Below the pieces are notes generated by a model. It did no database searches. It had not been told where the DNA came from and saw only the letters and a list, made by a program, of their open reading frames with translations. Shown here piece by piece: positions 51,924 through 61,976 of a stretch of 64,000 nucleotides of DNA. The stretch spans positions 1,097,337 through 1,161,336 of the forward strand of contig CAWFSO010000002.1 of NCBI GenBank assembly GCA_963818525.1. The letters run 5' to 3'. The translations under genes were made by a program, and so were the position numbers. Every line of letters begins with the position of its first letter. Within the stretch, counting starts at the first letter, position 1. This DNA comes from an uncultured Rikenellaceae bacterium (GTDB taxonomy: Bacteria; Bacteroidota; Bacteroidia; Bacteroidales; VadinHA17).

Positions 51924-53840
51924 TCAGCGACTCCAGGAGAGTTTATGGTCAGAGTCATAATGAAGTTTTTCATGGTCGAGGAGCCAGCGGATCACCCTGG
52001 CGCTTTTTTCAGGGGGAAACTCCATGGCTGAGGCAAGCTCTTCGGGTCTCATGGGGCTTTCACCAACGAGCTCCTTAATTTTATCGATGATCAGGTCGAA
52101 TTCATATTTGCTGAGGTCCAGCTCATTTCTCTCCTGGCAGGTGTCGCACAGTCCGCAACGGCCGTTCTCCTCCCCGAAATAACCAGTCAGGAATGCCGAC
52201 CTGCAGCGTGTTTTGTTTTCGGCATATTCCGTGACCTTCGCCACCCGTTCGATATAATTTTCCTTTACCTTCAGGTAGAGGTCAGGGGATATAATAAGAT
52301 GGCTGCGGTCGAGCCTCTCTTCGGTGAAGATGACCAGGGGGCTCTTCTTGCCTGGGATAAAGTGGATTATCCCCTGGGATGAAAGTCTCAGCAGGTACTG
52401 GTAGATAGCTTCGCGGGTCATCCCTGACCTGGCGGCCAGTGACTCCTCGTTTATAGGGACAAACTCGGAGAACATGCCGCTGTAGGTACGCAGCAGGAGT
52501 TTGATGAACCTGTCGTACTCCTCGTTTGCCACCTGGAACTTGTAGAGGTCATCACGGGTCACCACGAAATGTATTCGTGACGGGTTATTTATTTCATCCG
52601 TAAATTCGAGGTAACCCTCCTTCTGCAGGAAGTTAAGGCTGTTGTATGTCTCTGTAACGGAGAATCTGAAGGCGGTTACGAATTTCCAGAGGTCGAAATC
52701 GTGCACGCTGTTTTTGCCTGATCCCACGGGGAGCTGGTAGAAGTTGCCGATGGCTTCGTATACATCCTTTATTTTCTCAACAGGGGGGAATTTCAATCTT
52801 ACTGAGTCGGCCAGCCTCCTCTTTTCATCCTGTGACCAGAGGAGCACGGCGAACGACGGCTGGCCGTCGCGTCCTGCCCTGCCTGACTCCTGGTAATAGG
52901 CCTCGACCGAATCAGGGCAGTCCCAGTGTATCACGAACCTCACATCGGCCTTATCTATTCCCATGCCGAAGGCGTTGGTAGCGACAATGACGCGCACCTC
53001 TCCAGTACTCCATGCAATCTGCTTCCTGTCACGCATCTCCTGTGGAAGGCCGGCGTGATAGAAATCAGCGCGGATATCATTTGCCACAAGCATTTCGGCA
53101 ACCTCCTTCGATCTTTTCCTGCTGTTGACGTAGATGATGCCGCTGCCCTTCTCCTTCATGAGGCTGCGAAGAACGTAGGCGCTTTTGTCTTCCACCTCCC
53201 TCACCACATATGTGATATTGGGTCTCCTGAAGCTGGTCTGCAGTATCCTCGGGTTCTTCAGTTTCAGTCTTGAGACGATGTCTTTCACAACCTGAGGGGT
53301 GGCTGTCGCCGTCAGTGCGAGGAACGGCACCTTGTCACCCAGTATGTCTCTTATCTCAGCTATATGGAGGTATGACGGCCTGAAATCATAACCCCACTGT
53401 GATATACAGTGAGCCTCATCAACTGCCACAAGCGTGAAGTTGAATCTCGGGAGGCGTGCCCTGAAGAGAGGTGTCTGCAGTCGTTCAGGACTGACATAGA
53501 GGAGTCGGTAGTCGCCATAGAGACAGTTGTCGAGTGATATCTCCACCTCTTCGCGCGTCAGTCCGCTGTGAATGGCCATAGCTTTGATATTCATCGACTT
53601 CAGGCGGGTAACCTGGTCCTTCATGAGTGCTATCAGGGGGGTAATGACGAGACAGAGCCCTTCGGTGGCCACGGGCGGCACCTGGTAGGTGACCGACTTG
53701 CCCCCGCCGGTAGGCAGGAGGCCAATCACATCATTTCCAGAGACCACTGCATCAATGATATCCTCCTGCAGCGGCCTGAATGAGGTGAAGCCCCAGTAAC
53801 GCGCAAGCGTCTCCCTGTAAATGTCCGGTAACATTGTCAT
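51924..53840 (-). CDS. recQ: ATP-dependent DNA helicase RecQ family
   Basis: LPTGGGKS (motif I), DEAHCISQWGYDFRP (motif II), ATNAFGMGIDK, QESGRAGRDG, and a zinc-binding CRSAFL...CGLCDTC. Confidence 0.92.
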   Translation of the reverse strand: MTMLPDIYRETLARYWGFTSFRPLQEDIIDAVVSGNDVIGLLPTGGGKSVTYQVPPVATEGLCLVITPLIALMKDQVTRLKSMNIKAMAIHSGLTREEVEISLDNCLYGDYRLLYVSPERLQTPLFRARLPRFNFTLVAVDEAHCISQWGYDFRPSYLHIAEIRDILGDKVPFLALTATATPQVVKDIVSRLKLKNPRILQTSFRRPNITYVVREVEDKSAYVLRSLMKEKGSGIIYVNSRKRSKEVAEMLVANDIRADFYHAGLPQEMRDRKQIAWSTGEVRVIVATNAFGMGIDKADVRFVIHWDCPDSVEAYYQESGRAGRDGQPSFAVLLWSQDEKRRLADSVRLKFPPVEKIKDVYEAIGNFYQLPVGSGKNSVHDFDLWKFVTAFRFSVTETYNSLNFLQKEGYLEFTDEINNPSRIHFVVTRDDLYKFQVANEEYDRFIKLLLRTYSGMFSEFVPINEESLAARSGMTREAIYQYLLRLSSQGIIHFIPGKKSPLVIFTEERLDRSHLIISPDLYLKVKENYIERVAKVTEYAENKTRCRSAFLTGYFGEENGRCGLCDTCQERNELDLSKYEFDLIIDKIKELVGESPMRPEELASAMEFPPEKSARVIRWLLDHEKLHYDSDHKLSWSR

Positions 53841-53855
53841 GCAGCCTGATTAATA

Positions 53856-53863
53856 CAAATTTA
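53856..53863 (-). promoter_or_regulatory. Candidate -7 promoter box TAAATTTG for recQ
   Basis: TAnnTTTG on the minus strand, 15 nt upstream of ATG 53840, implying a very short leader. Confidence 0.4.
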
Positions 53864-53958
53864 ATAACTCAATCTCATTTTTAACCTTTTATTGACATTT
53901 AAGATGTGCCGGTGCATGTCATTTTTTTGTAATTTTCGCCCCAAATAAACCTTGCCCG

Positions 53959-55449
53959 ATGTCATTCTCTGAAGATAAACTGCTTTTCGAAGGTCTGACC
54001 TTCGATGACGTGCTTCTTCTTCCGGCCTATTCGGAAGTGCTGCCCCGCGACGTTGATCTGAGATCGAAGTTCACCCGCAATGTAATCATCAATACTCCGA
54101 TAGTCTCGGCCGCCATGGACACTGTCACCGATGCCGAGCTTGCGATAGCCATTGCCCGTGAAGGAGGCATTGGTGTCATTCACAAGAATATGTCGATAGG
54201 CCAGCAGGCCGCCCAGGTACGAAAGGTCAAACGTGCCGAGAGTGTTATGATCTTTGATCCGGTGACCATAAATGACAACGCCACAGTGGCTGATGCCCTG
54301 GCGCTGATGAAGGAGTTCAAGATAGGCGGCATACCTGTTATTAATGATGACGGTGCGCTGGTGGGTATTGTAACGAACAGGGATCTGCGTTTTGAGACGG
54401 ACTATTCAAGAAGGATCAACGAGATAATGACGCCACAGTCGAAGCTTATCACACTCAGCCACCAGACAGACCTTGCCGCCGCTGCGGAGATTCTTCAGAT
54501 ACACAAGATCGAAAAGCTTCCCATTGTTGACGACAAGGGAAGGCTGAAGGGGCTGGTGACATACAAGGACATCACCAAGGCCAAGGACAGGCCAAATGCC
54601 TGCAAGGATGAGAAGGGCCGGCTGAGGGTTGCCGCTGCTGTGGGAATTGCCCCCAACACCCTGTCGAGGGTTGAAGCTCTCGTTGGGGCAGGTGTTGACG
54701 CCATCGCCATTGACACGGCGCATGGCCACACCAAGAGTGTGATGGAGATACTCAGGGAGATAAAGAAGATCTTCCCGGGCACCGAGGTTGTGGTAGGTAA
54801 CATCGGTACGGCTGAGGCCGCCAGGAGACTTGTTGACGAAGGCGCCGATGCAGTGAAGGTAGGCATAGGTCCCGGTTCGATATGCACCACCAGGGTTGTC
54901 GCAGGCGTAGGCGTACCGCAGCTCTCTGCCATATACAACGTCGCAAGGGCCATTGATGGCAGCGGTGTACCCGTCATAGCCGACGGAGGCATTCGCTATT
55001 CGGGCGATATTGTCAAAGCGATCGCGGCAGGAGCTGATTGCGTGATGGCGGGATCGCTCTTTGCCGGCGTGGAGGAGTCACCCGGTGAAACAATAATATA
55101 CAACGGCAGAAAGTTCAAGACATACCGCGGTATGGGCTCTGTGGAGGCCATGCAGATGGGTTCCAAGGACAGGTACTTCCAGGACATGGAAGATGACATC
55201 CACAAGCTTGTTCCCGAAGGAATAACGGCACGCGTTCCATATAAAGGCACGCTGAATGAGGTGATCTACCAGTTTCTCGGAGGGCTCCGCTCAGGAATGG
55301 GTTACTGCGGCGCACATGACATATCAACCCTCAAGAGGGAGGGGCGTTTTGTCAGGGTTACCAGTGCCGGCGTCATTGAGAGCCATCCTCATGATGTGAC
55401 CATCACAAGGGAGGCGCCTAACTACAGCCGTAAAGTCAACGAGTACTAA
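53959..55449 (+). CDS. guaB: IMP dehydrogenase
   Basis: [10 protein letters not shown], tandem CBS insert, the catalytic [11 protein letters not shown] loop, and [12 protein letters not shown]. Confidence 0.95.
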   Translation: MSFSEDKLLFEGLTFDDVLLLPAYSEVLPRDVDLRSKFTRNVIINTPIVSAAMDTVTDAELAIAIAREGGIGVIHKNMSIGQQAAQVRKVKRAESVMIFDPVTINDNATVADALALMKEFKIGGIPVINDDGALVGIVTNRDLRFETDYSRRINEIMTPQSKLITLSHQTDLAAAAEILQIHKIEKLPIVDDKGRLKGLVTYKDITKAKDRPNACKDEKGRLRVAAAVGIAPNTLSRVEALVGAGVDAIAIDTAHGHTKSVMEILREIKKIFPGTEVVVGNIGTAEAARRLVDEGADAVKVGIGPGSICTTRVVAGVGVPQLSAIYNVARAIDGSGVPVIADGGIRYSGDIVKAIAAGADCVMAGSLFAGVEESPGETIIYNGRKFKTYRGMGSVEAMQMGSKDRYFQDMEDDIHKLVPEGITARVPYKGTLNEVIYQFLGGLRSGMGYCGAHDISTLKREGRFVRVTSAGVIESHPHDVTITREAPNYSRKVNEY

Positions 55450-56300
55450 TGATGCTCCGGGTTACCATAACTTTATTTCTCATTCTCGCAGTCTCATGCA
55501 ACACCACCGTGAAGGAGCCTGACCGTCTTGCTGTGGCCCGTGCCGGAGAGAGGACGCTTTACCTTGACCAGATACCTCATGGACTTGTGGTGAATGGAAT
55601 GAGTGAGACTGACAGTGTTTCGGCGGTGCACAGCTTCATACGCCAGTGGTCGAGGAAGGAGCTTCTTGCCCTCAGGGCCGAGGAGAACCTGACCCCCGAA
55701 TACAAGGCCGAGGTTAACAGGCAGCTTAACGAGATGAGGAACAACCTGCTCATCTACCAGTACCAGCAGCAGATGATTATCCAGAAGCTCGATACCATGG
55801 TCACTGACAACGAGTTGCAGGATTACTATGTAGGCAACCTGAGCACCTTCACCCTCACCACAAACCTTGTGAGGGCACTGTTCATCAAGGTGCCGGCAAC
55901 AATGCCGGATATAGAGAAGATAAGGCAGCTCTACAGGTCATCAGAGCCGGCTGACATGAATACGCTTGAGGATCTGTGCAACCAGTACGCACTCCGATTT
56001 GATGATTACAATGACGAATGGATACCCTTCACACAACTTCTGCTTGAGGTACCTCTCGAATCTGCAAACCAGGAGCAGTGGCTGGCAAGGAACAGTGCCG
56101 TGGAGCTTAAGGATGACCAGTTCGTATATTTTGTGGCCATCAGGGAATACAAGCTCCGAAACAGCGTTGCGCCCTTCGAATACATCCGGGGGCAGGTGAA
56201 GACTATTATTTTGAATAACCGCAGGAATGACTTCCTGCAAAAGCTTGAAGACGGTATTTATAACGAGGCGGTCAGGAACAGCACCCTGAAGGTCTATTAG
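55449..56300 (+). CDS. Lipoprotein, SurA-N-terminal-like chaperone domain (no parvulin motif seen)
   Basis: Lipobox LAVSC and TAATG overlap with guaB. Position upstream of the SurA-like PPIase. Domain call is tentative. Confidence 0.45.
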   Translation: MMLRVTITLFLILAVSCNTTVKEPDRLAVARAGERTLYLDQIPHGLVVNGMSETDSVSAVHSFIRQWSRKELLALRAEENLTPEYKAEVNRQLNEMRNNLLIYQYQQQMIIQKLDTMVTDNELQDYYVGNLSTFTLTTNLVRALFIKVPATMPDIEKIRQLYRSSEPADMNTLEDLCNQYALRFDDYNDEWIPFTQLLLEVPLESANQEQWLARNSAVELKDDQFVYFVAIREYKLRNSVAPFEYIRGQVKTIILNNRRNDFLQKLEDGIYNEAVRNSTLKVY

Positions 56301-56315
56301 AAGAGGGAGAAAAGA

Positions 56316-57665
56316 ATGAAACAGAGGATTACTATTATATGTGCAATTGCGATTCTTGCCATACAGACTTTGTCAGGGCAGCAGATTGTTGAATCTATCG
56401 TGGCCGTGGTGGGTAATGAGGTGATCTACCTCTCCGATGTCGAGGGGCAGGTGGTACAGCTGAAGGCTGAGAGGGACCCCACACCCATAGAAGAGCTGCG
56501 GTGCCGTGTCTTTGAAGATCAGATGATCCAGAAGCTCTTTCTTGACCAGGCACGCATAGACTCCATCGAGGTGTCTCCCGAGAATGTGGAGGCAGACCTC
56601 AACAGCAGGCTCACTGAATATATAAGGCGTGCAGGCTCGGAGCAGGCGCTGGAGACATACTTCAACAAGAGCATGGCCGAGATCAGAAAGGATCTCCGGG
56701 AGATGCTCACCAACCAGTATATCGTGCAGGAGACCCAGGGAACGATAGCGCAAAATATTACGGTCACTCCCGATGAGATAAAGAAATACTACAACACCAT
56801 CCCCAAAGACTCGCTTCCGCTGGTACCGAGGAAGGTGCAGCTAAGCATCATCACCGTTGAGCCACCGGACATGGAAGCCAGCAAGGCCGAGGTGCGCCAG
56901 CGTTTGCTTGAGCTCCGCAGCCGCATCATCAATGGAGAGAGCTTCAGCACGCTTGCAATTCTCTATTCCGAGGATCCGGGAACAGCGCCCAAGGGCGGTG
57001 AGACGGGGTATACCACCAGGGGTGAACTGGCTAAACCTTATGCTGAGGCAGCCTGGGCGCTGAAGAAGGATGTGGTCTCCAAGATCGTTGAGACTGAATT
57101 CGGGTTTCACATCATCCAGCTTATCGACAGGAAGGGTGAAATGGTGAACTCACGCCATATCCTCATGAGGCCGAAGCTTTCTTCCGAGCAGACTGAGTGG
57201 GCTATTCTGAAGCTTGACAGCATCGCCAGCCTGATACGCACCGACAGTCTTACTTTTCAGCAGGCAGCATTGAGGTATTCGTCCGATAAGACTACCCGGG
57301 CCAACGGCGGCAAGATGGTCTCTGAGAACCCGTCAGACCGTGTCACCTGGATGACCCTTGACGAGTTGTCAAGAGAGGTCAACCTGGTGGTGCGCAATAT
57401 GAAACTGGGAGATATCTCCGAACCCTTCCGGACAACCGATCCCAAGGGCAACAACATCTATTGCATCATACGGCTTGACGATGAGATCGCGCCACACAGG
57501 GTGAATATGAAAGAGGATTACAATTACCTTTCCGAGGCGGCGCTGAGGGACAAGCAGAACAAGACATACCAGGACTGGATCGCTGATAAGATCAAAAGGA
57601 CATACATTCGCGTGAGCGAAGATTTCCGTGACTGTAAGTTCCACTATTCCGGATGGTTCGAATAG
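56316..57665 (+). CDS. Periplasmic peptidyl-prolyl isomerase, SurA-like (parvulin domain)
   Basis: Signal peptide, SurA_N-like region, and a parvulin domain (FSTLAILYSEDPGTAPKGGETGY..., FGFHIIQLIDRK). Confidence 0.8.
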   Translation: MKQRITIICAIAILAIQTLSGQQIVESIVAVVGNEVIYLSDVEGQVVQLKAERDPTPIEELRCRVFEDQMIQKLFLDQARIDSIEVSPENVEADLNSRLTEYIRRAGSEQALETYFNKSMAEIRKDLREMLTNQYIVQETQGTIAQNITVTPDEIKKYYNTIPKDSLPLVPRKVQLSIITVEPPDMEASKAEVRQRLLELRSRIINGESFSTLAILYSEDPGTAPKGGETGYTTRGELAKPYAEAAWALKKDVVSKIVETEFGFHIIQLIDRKGEMVNSRHILMRPKLSSEQTEWAILKLDSIASLIRTDSLTFQQAALRYSSDKTTRANGGKMVSENPSDRVTWMTLDELSREVNLVVRNMKLGDISEPFRTTDPKGNNIYCIIRLDDEIAPHRVNMKEDYNYLSEAALRDKQNKTYQDWIADKIKRTYIRVSEDFRDCKFHYSGWFE

Positions 57666-59266
57666 AAAAGATAATACTCCCGCGTCTCTTTTTTCTTCTC
57701 GCGGCATATCTCATTCTCCCGGCGGCTGTTGTTCTACTGCCCTGTGAGGCTGCTGCACAGCAAACCACTGTTCGCCGCAAGGTGGAAATACTACATTCAG
57801 ACTCCATGCGGTTTGACCGCACCAGCGGGCGTTCAAGCAACAGGCTTAACGGAAATGTCAGCCTGAAGCACAATGATCTGTTAATGGATTGTGACAGCGC
57901 CTGGTATTATGATGATACCAACGAGGTCTTCGCCTTCAGCAGGATCCATATCTGGCAGGGTGACACCATACATATATGGGGGCAGTACCTTACTTACAAC
58001 GGTGATACCGGGAAGGCTGTGATGACTGACAGTGTGGTGCTCGCTGATAACGAGATGCGGCTTTTCACCGATAAGATAGACTATGACGTCAACACGCAGG
58101 TGGCCATTTATGACAACGGAGGACGGATCCTTAACGGTGACAACACTCTGACAAGCATAGTCGGTATCTATTATTCAAACCAGAAGATGCTGCACTTCCG
58201 CGACAGCGTAAGGATAGTCAATCCTGATTACGTGATGCGTGCCGACACCATGCGCTATAACACCGCCGATGAAATTGTCTGGTTCGCAGGTCCGACGGAA
58301 GCGGTAGGTGACAGCATCTATCTCTACTGCGAGAACGGCTGGAGCGATACGCGCAATGACGTCTCCCAGCTGATGAAGAATGCGGTGCTTGATAACCGCG
58401 AGCAGCGCATCACCGGCGACACGCTCTGGTATGATGAAAGGAGCGGCGAGGGTGAAGGGTTTGGCAAGGTGACCATCACCGACACCACCGACAATATTGT
58501 CTGCGGCGGGGAATATGCATGGTATGTAAAGCGGCCTGAGCGGTTTCTGCTAACCGGCTCTCCATGGTTCACCCTCTTCTCTGATGATGACACTCTGACA
58601 CTCAGGGCCGACACGCTCAGGGCCATACCTGTGGCTGACACGGCAGGTATAAACTACAGGCTCCTCAAAGCTTTCTACAGATGCACCATTTTCAGTCGTG
58701 AGATGCAGGGAAGGTGTGACTCACTGTCATATTCATTCCAGGATTCAGTGATCAGGTTATATGTGGATCCGATCGTCTGGTCGCGTGAGAACCAGCTGAC
58801 CGCCGACTCCATCGCTCTCTTTACGAAGGACTCGAAGGCCGACCACATGGAACTATTCAATAATGCGTTCGTGGTCAGTGAGGTAGACACGGCCAGGTAT
58901 GACCAGATAAGCGGGAAGAACCTGTCAGGCTATTTTCTTGAAAACAAGCTGCACAGGATCAAGGTGACAGGTAACGGGGAGGCTATCTATTACGTGGTTG
59001 ACGGCAATTCACTGGTGGGGGTTAACCGTGCGAGGAGCGCAACCATTGAGATATTCCTTGAGAACGGCAAGATTGCGGAGATATACCAGAACCAGAGTCC
59101 GGACGGGGTACTTGATCCTCCGTTGATCAAACCTGAAACAGACAGAAGACTTGACGGCTACAGGTGGCATCCCGATTTACGGCCTGTCAGGCAGAATGTG
59201 GCATTACCCGATGAGAAAATGCCCGAAGAGATGAGGGAGCCAGCGGAGCTCATTGATCCGGACTGA
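57653..59266 (+). CDS. OstA-like (LptA/LptD N-terminal-like) repeat protein
   Basis: Signal peptide and several OstA-like beta-jellyroll segments (MDCDSAWYYDDTNEVFAF..., FTDKIDYDVNTQVAIY). 13-nt overlap with the upstream gene. Confidence 0.6.
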   Translation: MVRIEKIILPRLFFLLAAYLILPAAVVLLPCEAAAQQTTVRRKVEILHSDSMRFDRTSGRSSNRLNGNVSLKHNDLLMDCDSAWYYDDTNEVFAFSRIHIWQGDTIHIWGQYLTYNGDTGKAVMTDSVVLADNEMRLFTDKIDYDVNTQVAIYDNGGRILNGDNTLTSIVGIYYSNQKMLHFRDSVRIVNPDYVMRADTMRYNTADEIVWFAGPTEAVGDSIYLYCENGWSDTRNDVSQLMKNAVLDNREQRITGDTLWYDERSGEGEGFGKVTITDTTDNIVCGGEYAWYVKRPERFLLTGSPWFTLFSDDDTLTLRADTLRAIPVADTAGINYRLLKAFYRCTIFSREMQGRCDSLSYSFQDSVIRLYVDPIVWSRENQLTADSIALFTKDSKADHMELFNNAFVVSEVDTARYDQISGKNLSGYFLENKLHRIKVTGNGEAIYYVVDGNSLVGVNRARSATIEIFLENGKIAEIYQNQSPDGVLDPPLIKPETDRRLDGYRWHPDLRPVRQNVALPDEKMPEEMREPAELIDPD

Positions 59267-59358
59267 CCTGCCATTACACGGTCATTATCTGTTAAACAAA
59301 AAGCCCGGAGTTGGAAAAACACCAGGCTTCTTTAGTTTACTGTAGTTGAAAATTGGTT

Positions 59359-59580
59359 TTAATACTCGTCCTCATTAAAGAAAAAGTCGTCTTTTGAGGG
59401 ATAGTCAGGCCAGATATCTTCAATACTCTCGTAAATATCACCTTCATCTTCAATTTCCTGCAGGTTTTCTATGACTTCCATAGGGGCACCTGACCGGATG
59501 GCATAATCAATGAGCTCGTCCTTGGTTGCGGGCCAGGGAGCGTCTTCAAGTTTTGATGCTAATTCAAGTGTCCAATACAT
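59359..59580 (-). CDS. DUF2795-like small acidic protein (73 aa)
   Basis: WPATKDELIDYAIRSGAPMEVIENL motif. ATG 59580 is chosen because a -7 promoter box lies inside the longer ORF-track version (to 59724). Confidence 0.65.
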   Translation of the reverse strand: MYWTLELASKLEDAPWPATKDELIDYAIRSGAPMEVIENLQEIEDEGDIYESIEDIWPDYPSKDDFFFNEDEY

Positions 59581-59618
59581 TTCTGAGAAAGTTAAAACAT
59601 TACCCTTCTTAAAGTCCG

Positions 59619-59626
59619 CAAATATA
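59619..59626 (-). promoter_or_regulatory. Candidate -7 promoter box TATATTTG for the DUF2795 gene
   Basis: TAnnTTTG on the minus strand, about 38 nt upstream of ATG 59580. Confidence 0.4.
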
Positions 59627-59671
59627 AAATTATTTAGAATAAAAAAAGAGTGAGGGTAATTAATATGCAGA

Positions 59672-60223
59672 TTATTTTGCTTTTTTATTCGGCTGCCATT
59701 TAATCTCCTCTGTGCCAGACTCATAAGTGAGGCACCGGGTCAGCACGAACAGGTAATCTGACAGGCGGTTAAGGTATTTCAGCACATCCGGGTCGGTTTT
59801 TTCGGCTTCATTGAGGCGAAGAAGCGCGCGTTCGGCCCGCCGGCAGACACAACGTGCGATATTGCATTGGGCTGCTGCGGGGTGGCCGCCGGGAAGGACG
59901 AAGGAGGTCAGTTTTGGCAGGCTGGCTTCCATTCTGTCTATTGATTTTTCAAGTTCCGAAGTGTCATCTATGGTGATTCCTTCGGGAACTTTGGCAGTCG
60001 GGTGGGTGGCGATGACGGTGCAGCATGACATCAGGACCGACTGTATTGTGATCAGTTCCTCCCTGGTGACGCATGACTGTTCTGCAGCCCGCAGCAGGCC
60101 TATCCAGGCAATGAGTTCATCGACAGTGCCGTATGCTTCTATGCGCGGGTGGTGCTTCGGGAGCCTCATGCCGCCAATGACTGAGGTCTCTCCCCTGTCG
60201 CCGGTTTTTGTATATATCTTCAT
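59672..60223 (-). CDS. PduO-type ATP:cob(I)alamin adenosyltransferase
   Basis: N-terminus MKIYTKTGDRGETS and a four-helix-bundle C-terminal region with the RRAER motif. Confidence 0.88.
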   Translation of the reverse strand: MKIYTKTGDRGETSVIGGMRLPKHHPRIEAYGTVDELIAWIGLLRAAEQSCVTREELITIQSVLMSCCTVIATHPTAKVPEGITIDDTSELEKSIDRMEASLPKLTSFVLPGGHPAAAQCNIARCVCRRAERALLRLNEAEKTDPDVLKYLNRLSDYLFVLTRCLTYESGTEEIKWQPNKKAK

Positions 60224-60246
60224 CCCGGGGAGTGAAGAATCACTGT

Positions 60247-60957
60247 TTATTTCTTTCTAACATCTATGCGGTTCTCATTGATATAATCAGCCGACACCTC
60301 ACCGTCCATCAGTTTGATAATGCGGTGGGCATGGCGTGCTATATCCTCCTCATGAGTCACAACGATAACGGTATTGCCGTCTTCGTGGATTTTGTCAAGC
60401 AGGCCCATAATATCGGCCGATGTCTTGCTGTCGAGGTTACCTGTCGGTTCGTCGGCAAGGATTATCGAGGGGTCGTTTATCATAGCCCTGGCGATGGCCA
60501 CCCTCTGGCGCTGGCCGCCTGAAAGTTCATTGGGCTTATGGGTCATCCTGTCGGCCAGGCCTACCAGGTCAAGTACTTTTTTCGCGTGGTCCTCCCTCTC
60601 ATGGCGGGGCACTCCTGCATATATCAGCGGCAGTGTCACATTTTCGAGGGCAGTGTACCTGGGAAGGAGGTTGAATGTCTGAAAGACGAAACCGATCTCC
60701 TTGTTCCGTATCTCGGCGAGTCTGTCATCCTCCATCTTGCTGACGTCGGTTCCGTTGAGAACATACTGTCCTTTTGTTGGGGTATCAAGGCAACCGAGGA
60801 TATTCATAAGGGTTGATTTGCCTGATCCTGAGGGACCCATAATTGCAACATACTCATTTCTGTTTATGTTGACCGAAACAGAGCGGAGAGCCCTGACAAT
60901 TACTGAACCTACCTGGTAATTCTTTACGATCTCCTTTATCTCTATGACCTTATCCAT
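60247..60957 (-). CDS. ABC transporter ATP-binding protein (MacB/LolD-like)
   Basis: Walker [10 protein letters not shown], signature [14 protein letters not shown], Walker [12 protein letters not shown]. No adjacent permease gene. Confidence 0.9.
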   Translation of the reverse strand: MDKVIEIKEIVKNYQVGSVIVRALRSVSVNINRNEYVAIMGPSGSGKSTLMNILGCLDTPTKGQYVLNGTDVSKMEDDRLAEIRNKEIGFVFQTFNLLPRYTALENVTLPLIYAGVPRHEREDHAKKVLDLVGLADRMTHKPNELSGGQRQRVAIARAMINDPSIILADEPTGNLDSKTSADIMGLLDKIHEDGNTVIVVTHEEDIARHAHRIIKLMDGEVSADYINENRIDVRKK

Positions 60958-61028
60958 GCCTTTTTCGTTAAAGTCCCGAAATTAGTTGAAATTACTCTAT
61001 TAATATGTTATGATCCTGTTATTTTTTG

Positions 61029-61829
61029 TTAATGCCATACGCGGTATCTTCCCGGTGTCAGGGTTCGGAGGCAGAAGAGCAACCCGAAGCGGAATGTCTC
61101 CAGGGATGCCGGGGCTGCCAGCGAGCACCACGCGCTGTACATATCGCGGTTCATATGAATATCATCGGCCACTATTATCATCTCCTCTCCCATTGCCCTG
61201 ATGTCCATGACATACTTTTGCAGTGCCTCGCCCCTGTGGTTGCCGTCGATGAATGCAAGGGAGACCTCTGTTCCCTCCTTCTTCAGCAGGTCGAGAGCAG
61301 CGCTGAACTCCATGTTCAGCACCTCTGCGCCGGCGGCGCCGTGGTTGCGGAGGTTTTCGCGGGCTACTGCGGCCAGCACCGGGCATCCCTCTACCGTCAC
61401 CACCCGTCTCTCCGGTGCTGCAAGTGCAAGTGCCAGTGTGCTTATCCCCAGTGAGGTCCCCAGCTCCAGTATTATCCCCTTGCCGCCTGTTCCAGGGGCT
61501 TTCGTCCATGTCCCCTGCCCTGCTATCCGCGAAAGCAGCGCAACCTGCCGTGCCGGCAGAGCAGCTGTGGCAGCAATTTCTGATACCATCCGCTCCTCAC
61601 CCTTATGAACAGCTGACCCCGCTCCGAGGTCAGTGACCCTTACAGTCCGCCTGTCAGACAGCATCTCCCTCCGCAGCCGCTCAACCTCGCCCATAATCTG
61701 CGGGTCGTTTTTGCCCCTTACAACCCTGGTCAGGAAGTCAAAGACGAACGGACTGTGCACCCCGTGCCCTGCGGTGCTTCTGGCGGTGAGCAGGTGCCTG
61801 AGAAAAGCTGTTGCGGGATAGAGGTTCAT
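61029..61829 (-). CDS. Class I SAM-dependent methyltransferase (O-methyltransferase-like)
   Basis: SAM-binding motif IILELGTSLGISTLALA and acidic loop VVTVEG. Substrate unknown. Confidence 0.7.
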   Translation of the reverse strand: MNLYPATAFLRHLLTARSTAGHGVHSPFVFDFLTRVVRGKNDPQIMGEVERLRREMLSDRRTVRVTDLGAGSAVHKGEERMVSEIAATAALPARQVALLSRIAGQGTWTKAPGTGGKGIILELGTSLGISTLALALAAPERRVVTVEGCPVLAAVARENLRNHGAAGAEVLNMEFSAALDLLKKEGTEVSLAFIDGNHRGEALQKYVMDIRAMGEEMIIVADDIHMNRDMYSAWCSLAAPASLETFRFGLLFCLRTLTPGRYRVWH

Positions 61830-61976
61830 TTCTTAAGACAATTCATCTGAAAGCAGCCCAAACTTACGGAAAATCACCATGATTTATGCAGGCAAATAAA
61901 TCCGCGAGTACTGCTTACTTTATATTTATAGCGGAAATTTAACTATTTTCGGTGAGTATCTTTTTTGCATTTCCAG